64,000 nucleotides of DNA, taken from the NCBI RefSeq assembly GCF_009914755.1, contig NC_060932.1. The stretch is one strand, 5' to 3'. Position 1 is the first letter of the stretch. Every line of letters begins with the position of its first letter. Below are positions 40,854-57,203 of the stretch, one piece after another. The translations under genes and the position numbers were made by a program. The notes under the pieces are model-generated. The model was given only the letters and a program-made list of their open reading frames with translations. It searched no databases and had not been told where the DNA came from. This DNA is from the human T2T-CHM13v2.0 reference genome, Homo sapiens.

Positions 40854-41228
40854 AATTTTGTGTTTTTCAAGGTCACTTCGATACTTACCCATCACAATTG
40901 TAGAATTCAGTGTAGTGTAGTCACGTAGCCAATAAGTGGCATGGGCAGGAAGCAGAAGTTCTCTGTGGTGGGGTCACTAGAGAAGATATAATTGTCATAA
41001 AGACTCTCAGCTGAGCCTTGCAAACTGGATGCACGACCTTTCAAACACTGACTCTTCTTTCACTGGCTCACAAGGCCCTGCCTGTGTTTTTCAGGCAACC
41101 CACATCTGTCTCCTCTCTTTCCACAATTAAAATTACTGGGTCATATTTGGAAAAATTATGTTTCAGGGAATGAAGGCCTTTTCCCTATGCTATTTTTTTT
41201 TCAAAATGTGTTCTGCACAAGGTGAATA

Positions 41229-41670
41229 GTGTCAAAGTCAAAATAATATGTGGAGATAAATCTCTATATTAAACATCTTATTTGGTAATCACGGAATTGC
41301 AATTCAAGGCGTAAACAGGGTTGGTCTAGGCTAAGTCCAAAGAACAAAGAGAAGGTTGGCATTTTTGTTAGAAAGAGAAACATTACATATTGTTTTGAAA
41401 CAAAACTCATTGGCACAGTAAACAAAGCTTTTGGGAGCTAACAAGCTCTGATTGGTGAGGGATAGTGGTAGATAAAACTAGTCTTTGAGTCACAGCAGGT
41501 CGACGCAGCAGTTACCAGGTAAATCTGGTTTTAGGGTTATAGAAGTTGGGCTTGTGGAAAAATGTTTGGAGCTGGTGCTATGTGCTCCAGCTGCTTTTTC
41601 CCCAGCCCTTCAAGTATGATTTAGTTAGGTATGACAAAAATGACCCAAATTGTGTAATTAACTTTATAAC
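41229..41670. mobile_element. Probable ERV1-class solo LTR (MER90/MER67-like)
   Basis: Start 'tgtcaaagtcaaaataatatgtggagataaatctct...ttatttgg' and an internal 'ctgattggtg' resemble recalled MER-class LTRs. Confidence 0.45.
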
Positions 41671-44600
41671 CACAATAGGTATTAACAGATATGAGTAGGT
41701 GCTATTTGAAAGTATCCCACAATTAATTACTTGAGGTGATGTGGCTGAAGTTATTCGAGCATCCTGGCTGAAGAGCTTCTCAGAACGCTTATTATATACC
41801 AAGAAACTCCAAGAGTGAGGCATTGTGGTCAAAAGAACACTCCAGGTTTATTTGACTATGGAGGTTGTTTGTTTTGCACCTCTTAACATTCTGCAAGCCA
41901 AATGTCTTGAAGAATACAACTTTGGAAACTTCTAGATTGGCCAGAATATTGGGCCTTGCCAAGGTAGGAAAAAAAAAAAATTCTCCAGAGCAGACTTTGT
42001 TACCATAACTTCAGGAATGTGACTTCTAGTTGGTGCCCTTCTCATCAGCTCCAGTCAGAAAACACCCATCAGTCAAAGAACCCAAACTTAAAAAAAAAAG
42101 CACATGGTGGTATAAGGAACCAACAAATATAAAGAGCCATCACATTCAAGATCTTAAGCCCCTTCAATAAACAATGCATATGCAGTTGCCAGAAAATTTA
42201 CATGTTTAGATGACAAGACTTCAGTGCTAGCTGTCAGTCAAGAGAAGCCTGGGGAATTCTCAAGAGGGTTTTAAAAAAAAAATACCCAGGCAGATGTGCA
42301 TCTGGAAGGCAATCCCACATTCCATTCTCAGCCTGAACGTTGCCTTCAGGCAAAAGACCGCATATCTAAGAGGATGGCAAGATTCACCTTGTGTTGTCAA
42401 CAGTGAATATGTCAATCACACTCAGAGAAGGCTTGACAGACTGTGATTCACATTTGCATCAAGTTCAGGATAGCTGTCTACAGCTGTCTTTGGATTGGTG
42501 GCAATCTCAGGACCCAAAGAGGAGTCTCTCCAGATCACGGAGTCACTTCCTCTTCACTGATGTCTTGAAGATGGTGTGTTGGGCAACCTCCACATGGGGA
42601 CCTTGGGACTGGTTGTCTATTCCCACATCACAGCATCACACTGTGGGATATGGTACCCCAACATGACAAGACAAAATAAAAATAACATAGGCCAGCCCAG
42701 TCAGCCCCTTCTTCAACTTTAAGTAAGCAAAGCTGAGCAGACAAGCTCTGCCTGCTGGCACACTGTCAGATCTCTTCAGAGTGAGTACCCATAAGCCTTA
42801 CTGCTTAGCCAAGGCCAGTTGAGAGGATTTGAATTTACAGCTAGAGTGACAGCAGTTTTCTAAGTAAAATGCAAGCTTACATCAGGAAGTGTGAGCCTAG
42901 GAAGACTGTCAAGCCTTCCAGAGAGTTGGAAAGACATGTTCTGGAAGCCAAATGTTTGGATTCGAATCTTTGCTGCATCACCCGTGACCATTGTCCATTT
43001 AAGTGTGTTTAATTTACCTCTTTGTGCCTCAGTTGCCTCAACTGAAAGTAAAAATAATAAAGGTCCCTAACCCTCATTCTAGTTTCTGTGAATATTAAAT
43101 TAGATTACTATATAAATAGATAAATAGATTTGGGGTAAGTACCAGGTACCTAATACATGCTCAATACATTATTAGGTTTTATTATAATTCACTTGCTTTA
43201 TTAATAGCAGGCTTAGGTCAATAGAGAGTATGTATATATTTCTCTTATTTGAAAGTCTGTAAAGTCAAAACACTGGGTACTTTCTCCAAAGCTGAGAAAT
43301 TCCATTTTTGAGCAAGAGTCAAATGGAGGATGCTTGCATTTTTCCTTTCAAATATTTTCTGTACCTCTGTTTCTTCCTCTTACCCCAGGTGTACTCTTGG
43401 AAAAAAAAATATGGTTCTCTGTGGACAAAACAACTATACTCAGATATACCTTTTTGTGTCCAAAATGTGTTTCATAAACCATACAGAATAGATAAGAAAG
43501 GATTATAAGTATGGAGGGCTTTATGCTCTTGCTGCTTCTGGCCTGACTGGATTCTTTGATTTCTGTCAGCCTTTTTTAAGGAGTCATTGTAAGGCTGTCA
43601 TGGGCATCTCAGGTAAAGTATGTGCTTTGGTTTGGTAAGGGTTTACTTGGGAAACTATTTCTAGGAAACTAGTTTATTCCATCCCAAAAAATAACCCCAC
43701 CCTGTTAAGATAAATGAGTACAGCAAACAGAAGTTACCCAAGGACTTGGTCGCCAGGGCATGGGTTTAGCTGTGAAGCCAGTGATATATGTCTTGCCCTT
43801 GGGGGACAAATGACCACTGAAGAGACAGTCTTTGTGCCAAGAAGGACCTCAGAGAAGGTTGGAAAATAAGCTGTGTCATAGGGATCAAGCCTAGAATCAC
43901 AAAACAGTCCAGAAGGAAATGAGGAGGCAAATGGAATCAAAGGCAGCAAAGCAAAGCTGAACCAAGAAGGCAACACACAGGGCGCATAGGGGCTGGAGAG
44001 GGACAAAGGCTGGGGAAGGCCAATGACAGGAGGGATAAGAAAGCACACAGGTAAAAGGAAAGCGAATGCCTGAAGACAGGCAATTAGGAGAGCAAAATCT
44101 GCGTACTGGATAAACCCAGAAGGAGATAAGAAGTATCCTTCTTATACATGTGGAGAAAAAAGAAGAGAAAAGAAACTCAAGATCAAGAAGTCACAGGAAC
44201 AAGGCTAAGACCCTGACTTGGTGAGAAGGGATTGGCAGGCTGCTGGTAACTGGTCATAATGGTTAATTTAACTATTTAGCAATCTGGGAAATATGTAATT
44301 TATAGGAGGAAATACATTATTTGCAAATAGTTTTTATTTTATTTTTACATTTTTCAGTCTCTTGTGGACACTTCCAGTTCAAGGAACTGAGATAGGACAA
44401 ATGAGCATGGGCCCTTCCTACATGGAGCCTGAAAGGCTATCGCCCACAAGAGGCCAACTGGACTTTCTCTGCACCTCTGGTTCCCTAGAAGGAAGAAGGA
44501 GAGGCTGGACAGGGACTCAGAAGCAGGTGGGTATACCTTCGTGTCTAGTATTATTTGGGTTTCACAGGAAGGTTAGCTGTTTTATCTCCATTTTAGGAAA

Positions 44601-44877
44601 CTGAGGCTAGTAGAGGTTAACTAAAGAGTCTCAGGATATAGAAGATTCAGAGAAAACCAAACTAGAATTCAGAGCTCAATCCTTTTGTAAGAAGCCAATA
44701 TTCAAACGAGTGCAAAATTTAACAGCCAATTTCACACACACTTTGGGATTGGGAAAGGAAAAGAATACCAGTGAATACCAAGTCTGAATAAGGCTCTAAT
44801 AATGCTTTTGGCATCTCCCCTGTTCCACTGGAGAGCCATTATGTAACGGGAAACTTTGTGCAAGCATAATTTGATAC

Positions 44878-45140
44878 TAATAACAATAGCTACAATTTAC
44901 TGAGAACTTTCTTTAGGCCAGGCATCGTTCTAAGCACTTAATATAAATTAATTCACTTGACACTCACAACAATGCTGTGAAGTAGGTGCTATTGTTGTCT
45001 TCATTTTATAGATGAAGATACTGAGGCATAGAGAGGTTATATAACATGCCTGAGGTCACACAGCAGTCAAAATCAGGGCCAGGCTTGGTACTCAGACAGT
45101 CTGACTGCAGAGTTTGTGATCTTAACCATTATGTTCTCCT
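44878..45140 (-). mobile_element. MIR SINE, near full length
   Basis: 'aatagctacaatttactgag...ccaggca..gttctaagcactt...cattttatagatgaagatactgaggcatagagaggtt'. Confidence 0.85.
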
Positions 45141-45304
45141 GTGAGTTATATAAATAACATTGCATCTTTGGGCAAGATCTGAAAACTCTACTAAATCTGT
45201 TCCTTTCGCATTCATAACCCAAGTCTCTAGATTAGAAATTTTTGCATTCAGAGATTCATGTGCCATGTAACCAAGCCTCATCCATGCCTCAAAAAAGACA
45301 CTGA

Positions 45305-45660
<356 letters not shown>

Positions 45661-46937
45661 CTAACCAAATACTTGGCATAAAACACATGCCCATTATGCA
45701 TTTGGTAAATGGATGAAACAGGTACTGGCCAGCTTGCACCACCAACAACACTCATTTATAAAGGAAGAACCCTAATTCTGCACACAGCATAGTGAATTGT
45801 AAGAATTGTAATTAGCTGTCTAAACATCTGTCTCTCCCACTAGGCCCACAGGCTCTATGAGCACAGGGACTGTGCTTTATTTTTCTTTATATCCCAAATG
45901 AAAGTCAACATGCCTGGGGCATAGCAGTACTCAGTAATTTTTTGGTGAATAGGTAAATTCAGTTTATAGAACCTCATATCTATATGCAGAGAAAGCTGAA
46001 TTCAGTGCCACCAGTTATCAAATGAGTGTTGCTTGGATTGCCAGGACTCTACTGTGGTCTCATTCTGACTGTAGGAAGGGATTTATTGGGTCAAGTCAGC
46101 CAATGCCCATTGAAATGACAAAAGGCATCATTTTCTGAGCACTGAGCAATGCATGTGGCATAGGAGGGGAGGGGGTGACAAAAGCTGCTGAGGTGGGGAC
46201 TATGTACTGGGAGGAGAGGGAAGTTTAGATTTCAGTGAAATTACCAAGTGCTAGTCATAGGCACATCTCTGCCCTGGGCAAAGGTATGCAACTCAGAATG
46301 TTCCCTGAATGTGCTGAGAAATGCCAAAAATTAAAGTTGGAAAGAAATAGTGCATCCATCCGTAGAAGGCCATTAAGGCAGATGTGGTAGGTGATCAGGA
46401 GCCTTGGTTAAGAGGGGGAGTAATGAAGGGAAGCAGCAGAATTTCAGGAAAAGGATACAGGTTCTTATTGAATGAGAAGAGATTAAAGTAGGGACCCTTG
46501 TGTATAAAGGTCTGGAATAGAACAGAATCTTTTTTACTGGTGGACTATCTGGCAGCATGGCTAGATAAAAGGAAGACAGTTTTGAACAAAGAAGGGCCTT
46601 CTCAGTGCCACAAATCACACCTTCCTACTAGTAATGCCAACCCTAATATACAACCTGAGATCTTAAAAACAGCTTTGCCTATTTCTCATAAACACAGCAG
46701 GGCTCCCTGAACCACCAATGATTCTCATTGTTTCTTGTTCAGTTTCCTGGGGGAATTCCAGTTTAGCCTCTTCCCACAAGTCTCACAGCTATGAAATTAG
46801 ATATGGATTATCCTAAAGGTATTCCTAAAAGTATTGGTATTCTGAGAAAAGTGGTGCAATGGTCAAATAAGATTGGGAATCAGAGTGTCCCTGAAAAGAG
46901 CTCTGGATAGGGAATCAGGAAACCAGTGCTCTAGTCC

Positions 46938-47314
46938 TGACATAGTTTGCCTGTGTCCCCACCCAAATCTCATCTCAAATTGTAATCCCCATAATCCCCA
47001 CGTACTGAGGGTGGGATCTGGTGGGAGGTGATTGGATCATGGGGGCGCCTTCCCCCATGCTGTTCTCGATATGGAGTGAGTTCTTATGAGATCTGATGGT
47101 TTTATAAGGGGCTTGTCCCCCTTTGCTCATTCACTCTTTCTCACCTGCCACCATGTAAGGCATGCCTTTGCTTCTCTCTCACCTTTTGCCATGATTGTAA
47201 GTTTCCTGAGGCCTCCCCAGCCACGTGGAACTGTGAGCCAATTAAACTTCTTTTCTTTATAAATTACCCAGTCTTAGGTACGTCTTCACAGCAGTGTGAA
47301 AACGGACTAATACA
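46938..47314 (+). mobile_element. THE1D-type MaLR solo LTR
   Basis: TG...CA termini; 'ctgtgtccccacccaaatctcatc...aaaacggactaataca'; perfect 5-bp TSD AGTCC. Confidence 0.92.
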
Positions 47315-47411
47315 AGTCCCTGGCTTGCAACTTCTTTGCCTTATGACATTGAAAAGTCACTTTATCTCTTTTAATTCTAAGTGTTTTGAAATCTGAAATG
47401 CATAAACATCA

Positions 47412-48292
<881 letters not shown>

Positions 48293-50509
48293 TTCATATA
48301 TGTTAATATTATTATTCATGCTTCTATTTATATTTTTATACTTCATATGAGGCATTCAGAAAGAAAAGCTGGCATAAACATGAGACAGAACCCACTCTTG
48401 TCAGAAAAATCCTCTGTGGAAGCAAAACTGGATTTTTGAGACTCGGGAAGATAAAACACCTAGAAGTTTTTTTTTAAAAAAACAAGGCCCTCTGTGACAC
48501 AGGTGACCTTGTACAGAACTCAGTGCAGGATTTCTAAGATGCAAAATGAGGCTTGAAAGAAGGCAAGTGATGTCAGGAAGAAACAAAAATGTCAGGCTAT
48601 GGAGTTTAGTGAACAATTTTTTTATGTAAGGGCCAGTTCAAGAAAAATATACTTTATATTGTATATATGATAAGCATTATATTTTTTCACTCAAAGTGCA
48701 AATGACTCTATTAAACTCACATCAAAAAGTTATATTCCTATACCTGAGATTTTTCTTTTACTGTGTAGGGAATTAAAAGTAAGAATATTAGTCACCCCAT
48801 TTAACTCAGGCTAGGAGCTCTGGAATCATGAAGAGGTGGCTTAAAATGATAGCTTGCATTTTCCTTTTCTTCATTCTCCCTTAAAATTTTAGGTTAACTT
48901 CATCTCCAGCAATCTATAATAGCACAAGGCATCTACGGTTTTCATGGCCTTTATCGCTGGTAAAGATTCTGGGGAAGGCTTTTAACTTCTCTGTGGGTAG
49001 CTGACTCCATAGCTTAAGAGGAGGCATGAGATATTGCTTTGGAGGTCATTACCCACCTCCTCCCACCCTCTTTCTTAATCCATGATATTAACTCATTGGT
49101 TCATTCACTGATTCACTTTTTCAGCCAATATTCACTTGTACTAGTGCCACGGAATTTCGTGGAGCCTACAGAATAGAGAAGAAGACAGACAATAAACAGT
49201 GAGTTATATAATTCATTTTGTTTAAATACATTTATGATAATGGCTAGAAAAGAATTATCAAGTACTCTGAGAGTGTAAAATAGGGTATCCTAATTTAGCC
49301 CAGGATGGATCAGGAAAGTATTTTCTGACAACTTGGTATTATAGCTGGAATCTGAGAAGGTGGTAAGAAGGGAAGGACAAGGAAGAAGGACATGCCTGGG
49401 AAAGGGCCCGTACGTATGTGGGAAGGGACAAGGAGAATGTGGGGAGCCAGAAAAGACCAACATGATCAGAGTATAGAAAACAATGGGGTGCTCAGCACAG
49501 GAAAAGAGGGGTACAGGAGGCAGAGACCAGGTAACTTAAAATCTTGCAAGCTTTGGTGAGAAAGGTACACTTTTTAAAAGCAAAGGAACACCACTGAGTG
49601 GTTTTAAGCTGGGAATACAATGGCCATGTGGTCACATATCTCAGCTTCCTGTAGCATCTCCTGTCATCCCTGGGCTTTGCTCTGCAAAGCAACACAATCC
49701 TGGTTAGAGGAAAATGGAAAGTGCTGTCTGGTATTTGATGATGTCATGCACTCGCCTGGACAATTAGTGGGTTTTCTTTTTGTCCTTTTCTGAACACAGT
49801 TAAATATGTAAAGGCAGCACACTGGACAGCTATCAACTCTGAGCAGAAAAGAGTAATTAGTTAATGGCGGTGAAGTGTTTTGTGGATGGAAAGTTAAATG
49901 GGAAATATTATTAAAATGACCATGCATAGGCAGTGGCAGTTGATGAAACCTCAGGGCAAGCTTTCCCTCTGGGGTGTTTTCCCACATCAGGGCAGCTGGT
50001 CCTGCTGCCATAGATAAGCACAGACCATTCTAGGGGGAAGAGAAAATCTACAGCGTGAGCAAGGCTTCATTTGCTTCACTTTAATCTCAGATAAATGTTG
50101 TCCCATGGAGAACAGTCAGAGTGGGCAGTCATTTCAGTTTAATACAAAGTCATCAGACATTGGGTAACTGATCTGCCTTCCTAATGTAGTCATCTCCTAG
50201 GGAGCAGGGGGTACCAGCAAATTCTGCAGCCACCACCAACTGTGTGAACTTAGGCAAGTGGCCTTAACTAATTTTAATTAATTGGCCTTAATTAATTAAG
50301 CCAAGCCTTAGATTGCTCAAAAACAGATTTGTCTATTTATTTATTCGTGTAGCTGTTCATGCAAGTGTTCATTAAATAATTTGAAAACCACTTGCTGAAC
50401 GCCAGACTAGACCTGGAGACATAATGGTAAGCAAACCCGGATTCCTCAAGAGAGAAAGATACACAAATAGTGGGTTAAGGATACTGAATTGGTAACAGCA
50501 GTAAAATAA

Positions 50510-50815
50510 AATAAAATAGTTACAGACTCAAAGGAAGTTTCAAAAATAATACAGAGAAATTGGTGTACCCTTTCCTCAGCATCTCCCAATGGGAATATCT
50601 TACATAACTATGGTGAAATATCAAAGCCAGGACACTGATGTTAGTACCATCTACAGAACTTGCTCAGACTGTACCAGTTTTTACATACTTGCCTGGATAT
50701 GTGTGTGTGCTTCTGTATTGTTTTGTCACATGTATAGGTTTGTGTAACCACAACCAAAATCAAGATAAAAAATCATTCCATCACCACAAAGGAACTTTCT
50801 TATACTCTTTAGAAT
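50510..50815 (-). mobile_element. L1MC-type 3' fragment
   Basis: 'cccaatgggaatatcttacataactatggtgaaatatcaaagccagga..ctgat'. Confidence 0.7.
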
Positions 50816-52067
50816 AATATATCTTTTAAAAAATATACGTGCATATATGTGAAACAGATGTTAATGACACTCAGGAGAAAAATTAAAGTTTTTGCCCTCA
50901 AGGAGTTCACAATTATTTGAGTAATTGGGTACTTTTTAACTTTGAATTATTATATTGGAATGTCAATAATAAAGTTGACATTCCTGGGCCTCAGCTGAGG
51001 CCACGACGAGAAAGAAGAGAGCTAGTGTTTTGAAGACCTACTGTGTCCTAGGCACCTTGTTAGGAACTTTACCCTGTTAACTCATGTTCATCTGACAGAT
51101 CTCTTCCACCTCTGTGGTTCTGCCCATTGCTGAACCCGTGAACTGGCTCGGCCAGTTCTTAGTGTGGGATAGTTTCTTCTCTAGGCAATCAGGTTCTTAG
51201 AGAAGGTCATGAAAAAGTCAGAGAGTAGGGATGGAGCACTGGATTCATTAGCCAGAGGAGCAAGTTCCTGGTCTCACTCCTATGTACCACTAGATCATAA
51301 ATTCCTTCCTGGCAGGGACCATTCCATAGACATATTTATATCCTCAATGACCAATAAACACAGTGTCTGCCATTTGAGGGATACCCAGTTTAGGTTTGCT
51401 GCTCTCTCTTACCCTGGCTTACCTCTCTTACCCTCAGCTAGAGCAGTGGAGTCAGTCCTTCACATTGAGACGAAGATAGAGGATCATATGAGATGGGGTG
51501 ATATAGGAATGAACTTTGCTATCAATCTGCTTTTTTCCAGACACAGCAAAGAGCCTGTTACATTACCTCATTGAATTTTACATGAAGCCTTAATGCATAT
51601 ATTATTATTCCTATTTTATTGATAGTGACTCAGAGAGGTTAAGTAAATTGCCAAAACCTATGTATCTACTGAGCAGTTTAGCCTTATTTGAGCTCAGATC
51701 TCTGGCAGCACAGTCCTGCTCTTCTACAGGGAGGCAATTCCAGAAGAAGAACACTTCCTGCCCAGCACCAGCTTATTGTCCAATGCCTAAAACTCTACCC
51801 CTGTCACTCAATTCCTTTTGGTTCACGCTATGAAAAAGCACAGTGAGACTCAATGCACTTTGTCTTTATCCATCATTTATACCCCAGTGGGAAATAAGTT
51901 ATAAGCTTCTTTCCTAAAAACAGCTGGAGAGCAGGTATGAAAAGTGGAAAATAACTGAAGGATAGATCAAAGAGGAGCAACCAGGATACCAAAGACAAAT
52001 TCTGACTGTGTCAGAGGGTGGCCACTCTATAAAATCAGTTCAGGAAGGACTGACACAGAAGTACTGA

Positions 52068-52964
<897 letters not shown>

Positions 52965-55900
52965 GCAAGAATCTTAATCCCTTCCCTATCTTGGGAATTT
53001 CTTTTTCTCTGCCTAGCTACAATGGATCTAGAGCTTTTTCTGAGTTATGCTAGATTTCTGCTTTGTGAGAGCAAGCAGCACCCTGTAGTAGAAAGACAGT
53101 GATGTGTTTTGCTCCTGTGTACAATACAGCCCACAAATCTCTTGCAGGCTGCTCTCTGGCAAGGCTGGAGGCAGGCTGCTAGCATCATCCTTCAGCATGA
53201 AAGAAGTTAAATTGAACACTAGCTCCTGGGCCCAACCACTTCCCATCCAATCCCCAGCATGAGTAAGAGCTGACTAGGGAATTTCGGGCACTAGGTTTCC
53301 AGTTTCACAGACCAGAGCCACAATATTTCCACACGCAGATATTTGTTACAAATATTTATAGGTGGGGGAGATAATCTCTCAGTGCAGCCTGAATTGTGAT
53401 ATTCTCTACCGTCAGTAGATGTCATGTAACTCCATAGTTTCTCTGACCCTGATGGATTTTTTTTGTAAGAATGTGCTTCAAACAGTATTGATCTTCCTAA
53501 ATTCCTTTTCAAAGGCTGAAATGTTCTCCAACAGACAAGGAAAGAATGCATTATTATGATCTATTAACAAGCATTTCACCAATTAATTCTTATTTATACT
53601 TTATGGCTAAATCTAGCAAATCAACTAGCCCTGTGTACCCTAGTAACTGATTCAAAACACAAAGCCATCAATAACTTCGATGACTACTTGCTTTCATTAC
53701 CCATTCTTACAATAATACAATAAAAAGCTTTCATTTCTAGGCAAGCCACAAATACAACTCAACAACTCAATACTGCCATTGCTGCATATCAGCTGACTCA
53801 AGCTCGTCCTTAACCAATCAATATAAAGACTGAGCTCTCTTCCTCCAGTGGAAAACAGAAGCCAAGGACCCAGAATCAGCAAATCAGTCTGGGCTTGGAT
53901 AAACCTAAGAAGGGTTATTTGTATGCTGTCTCTTAAATGAATTAGCATTTCCCCTACTCAAAGTCTGCCTACTTAAGGGCTCAAATTGCTTCACATAAGC
54001 TATTCTTAACAAAAAATGCAGGTTAATGCAATAATATTCTGGGGCTTGTAGGCACCTATAAAAAGTAGATAAATTATGGAAATCTAGATCCAGCTGACAT
54101 TTTACATCAAACTACACACATTGTATATACTCAAAAGCTTCTAGAACTGAGTACCCCTCCATTCACTGTCTGCATTCTTATTTTTTAGAAACAGTAGTTG
54201 CAATAAGCCAACTTTAACAATTAAACTAAAAAAAATTATTTCAGTAGAGTTATATCTACTGAACTGGTTAGGTTCTGATTAGGTTAGGTTCAGATTGAGA
54301 AAACAGCTATTTCGCATCTCCCATTTTCTACTGCATTCAGAGAATGTATTCACTGAGTTGACGTAGGACAAAAGAGCTCACTCCATTTAAATGGTTAATT
54401 TTTTTTCTTTCTGAGTGCATATCATTTAATTGGCAATTGCTAAAACATACACAGTGAAACACCATTGGTGCTGTAATTATTTCCCTCGCTAGGTCGTAAG
54501 CCCTTTAAGGTCAGGAACCAGGTCTTCATGTTTCATTGCTGTCTACACAGTGCCTAGAAGGGCAATGTCTGGTACATAATAGGCATGCAAAACATATTTG
54601 CTGAATAAATGCATAAACTAATGCATCAACAAACTAATTGACACACCAAAGACCACGGTCATAACACTTACTCTTCTCAGGCAGCATTTAAGGCTCTCCA
54701 AAATTATGGAAGCTTTTTCTGGACCACTCAGCCTATAGAGACCTATTTTGTTATAATAGAACTAGTGGCACCTTGCCCAGATCCCTTTATAAGGCTGGTG
54801 CGCTCATCCTCCAGCTTTAGTAAGTGTTAACTTCTAAGGGCACATGGCTGTACCTTTCTCTTGAAAATTGCCCTAGCTCCCAGGAGCTACCTCACCTGTG
54901 GATGTCTGGAAGGTTACATAACCCCTCCTTGTGGGTAGCCAATAGCCAATGACGTAATGATCCAAACATACGAAAGTCTGGACCCCTTGGCTCAAAGTGG
55001 AGCAATTCTGTGTTGTCAGTGACCAGAGCTCCCTGTGTGAACAGGAGTAGACTAGATTTCAGCTAATGTTGTCTTTGCTTAATTTCTTCCCCCATCATAT
55101 CCTGCATCCTCACTTCTTTAAAGGTTTCTCCTGAGAGCACTTTCTTAATAAATTAATTGCACAGGAGTCCCCATCGTCAGCTCTGTATGGTAATGAAAGC
55201 CCCATCCCCAGAGACAGATGAATTATTGAGAGTCCCTGGCATGTGTAGCTGCACCTGAATTTTTCACCTAGAATGAAATGGGTCAGAATACAGGTGGAAG
55301 GGCATACACTGGCTTCTGTGCATTATCCCTGGACTTTGAGAAGTATTGAGGAAGTGGTAATTATAAGGACTATATAATTGCGTAGCTACTTTATGAAGAG
55401 AGAAAATGCAGACTTAGGTAGATTGATCACCAGTGTGACGCAAGGTGTGAATTTCAGAAAGCCTCCTTGATGCTGTTTAAAAAGACCTTCACCTTCTGTG
55501 GCTGGAGAGACAGTTATGCTGAAAATCAAGCCCACAGCATAATTGTAAGAGTTGGAAAACTTCAGGAGGGGATGCGATTCTCAGTTTTGATAAGACCCTT
55601 CGTGCAAAATCAGGGCATCAGTGGGAGAAAATTTAAGCCTGGGAGAGGATCTTGAGGGTATTGTCAGGGATAAAAAGCTGGAAAGGAATAATTTATGGAT
55701 ATGGCAACACCTTCCCTGACACAGGACTTTACGTCTTGGTAAGGGCCCAAGAACTGTACCTGATACCCTGCTGGGGTGGTTCTCAAAGACTGGAAAAAGT
55801 AATGGTCATGTTAAATGCAGTAGAGTTTCCAGAATTTTAGGCACAGAGTATGGAGAGAAGAATCAAAAGGCTCAGAGAAGTAAGCATGCAAAACTGGGTA

Positions 55901-56039
55901 TGACCAGAATCCATCATCATCTGCCTTTGCTCCTTTAGAGGGCCGAAGGAACAACTTGTTTTTTCAGGGTTCTGGTGTTAGTGACAGCAGCATTGTTGAA
56001 AAGTTCATTTGTGTCTATCCTCTGCAAATCAGGACTGAC

Positions 56040-56160
56040 AATGGGCAATGCTGTTATAAAACTGGCCTTTCTGCCAGCAATGTGGGTGATGATGGTCCAG
56101 AGTGGCAGAAGCCAGGTGGCATCACTCAATCACCAGGAAGAAGATGGGCACAACTACCTT
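56040..56160 (+). pseudogene. ERV-L gag-like remnant
   Basis: MGNAVIKLAFLPAMWVMMVQSGRSQVASLNHQEEDGHNY resembles the recalled ERV-L gag motif 'GRGQVAALNHQRQGG'. Confidence 0.55.
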
Positions 56161-56987
56161 ACTGGCATCCAGGTTGAAATTGCTGCCACATGGCCTTAAA
56201 CCATGGGGATTTATAGATATGGCTAATAGATAATGGTATTTTAAAGAGCAAAATAGATTGGCAACCAACAAAGGTATTCCTTAATGTAGATAATCAAAAG
56301 GAATCAAGGATGGAAAAAAGAATGCTGAGGTCAGCTGCCCCAGAGGAAATTCATGATCCTTTGCCTATTTTCTAGAGCTGAGCTGATTCTCAAATCTACA
56401 ACCCATCAGTTGAAGGAGAAGAAGGATTCTATAACACCACAGCAAATACATGCAGCCCTTCCCCAGAATGCTTATAGCTGTTTCCTTGAGTAACAATATG
56501 CTGGGGAAGTGGAAATATCCAGATCTTTTGAGGGTTGTTGTGTACTGGTTTTAATACTGAACCTGGAGAACCAAAATGCCATCATGGCCTACATGGAAGA
56601 TTAAAGTTTCATGGGGAACCAATAATGAGTAAACTCCTGGTTCAGGGTAATCTCAGTGTGTCTGACAGGAAGCCTAGAACTGAATGTTTGCTCAGTTCAC
56701 AGATGTATCATTAGAATGGGCATGTTTAGAAGTAGGCAGAACCCTCTTGGCCAAGACAGTAATTAAAAAGCAATATCAAATTCCAGGGCAAAGGTACAGA
56801 GTGGCATGATCCTATGTGTTCAAGAAGTAGCATATACAGAGGTCCAGGAACCAAGGGATGAAGTAGAAATGGTCATGCTCTCCATCACTTTCAGAGACCT
56901 AGATGGGAATTTGTGCTTCTCATCTCTGTAACTTTAGGTTGTGTGGTTACAGAGTTTGTTGTTCCCAGAGATAACGTTTCCATCAGG

Positions 56988-57145
56988 GATTCACTAAGAC
57001 TCCCACTAAACTTAAGACTATTGCTTCTGCCAGATCACTTTGGGCTCCTTGTATTAGTAGACCAACAGCAATAGAAAGGGGTTAACATGTGGACAAAGTT
57101 AACTGACTTGGATTATCATGAGGATATGGAGCTTCTGCTATAGAA
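56988..57145 (+). pseudogene. ERV-L dUTPase remnant (in-frame stops)
   Basis: DSLRLPLNLRLLLLPDHFGLLVLVDQQQ*KGVNMWTKLTDLDYHEDMELLL*N aligns to recalled ERV-L dUTPase 'IPLNWKLRLPPGHFGLL...KKGVTVLAGVIDPDYQDEISLLLHN'. Confidence 0.75.
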
Positions 57146-57167
57146 TAAGGACAGTGAAAAATATGTT

Positions 57168-57203
57168 TAGAACTCAGGAATTCACTAGAACTCAGGAATT
57201 CAC
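57168..57203. repeat. Perfect 18-bp tandem duplication (TAGAACTCAGGAATTCAC)x2
   Basis: Read directly from the sequence. Confidence 0.95.

Noticed and set aside
50260-50305. TTAATTAA-rich quasi-palindromes (also at 23000-23055)
   Set aside because: Low-complexity AT expansions inside MIR-like relics.
51209-51574. 121-aa ATG ORF
   Set aside because: No recognisable domain or splice context, and it appears to overlap an old L2-like fragment; the length is compatible with chance.
54240-54263. 9-bp hairpin TTCAGTAGA-N6-TCTACTGAA
   Set aside because: An isolated short stem is expected occasionally by chance in 64 kb of AT-rich DNA.
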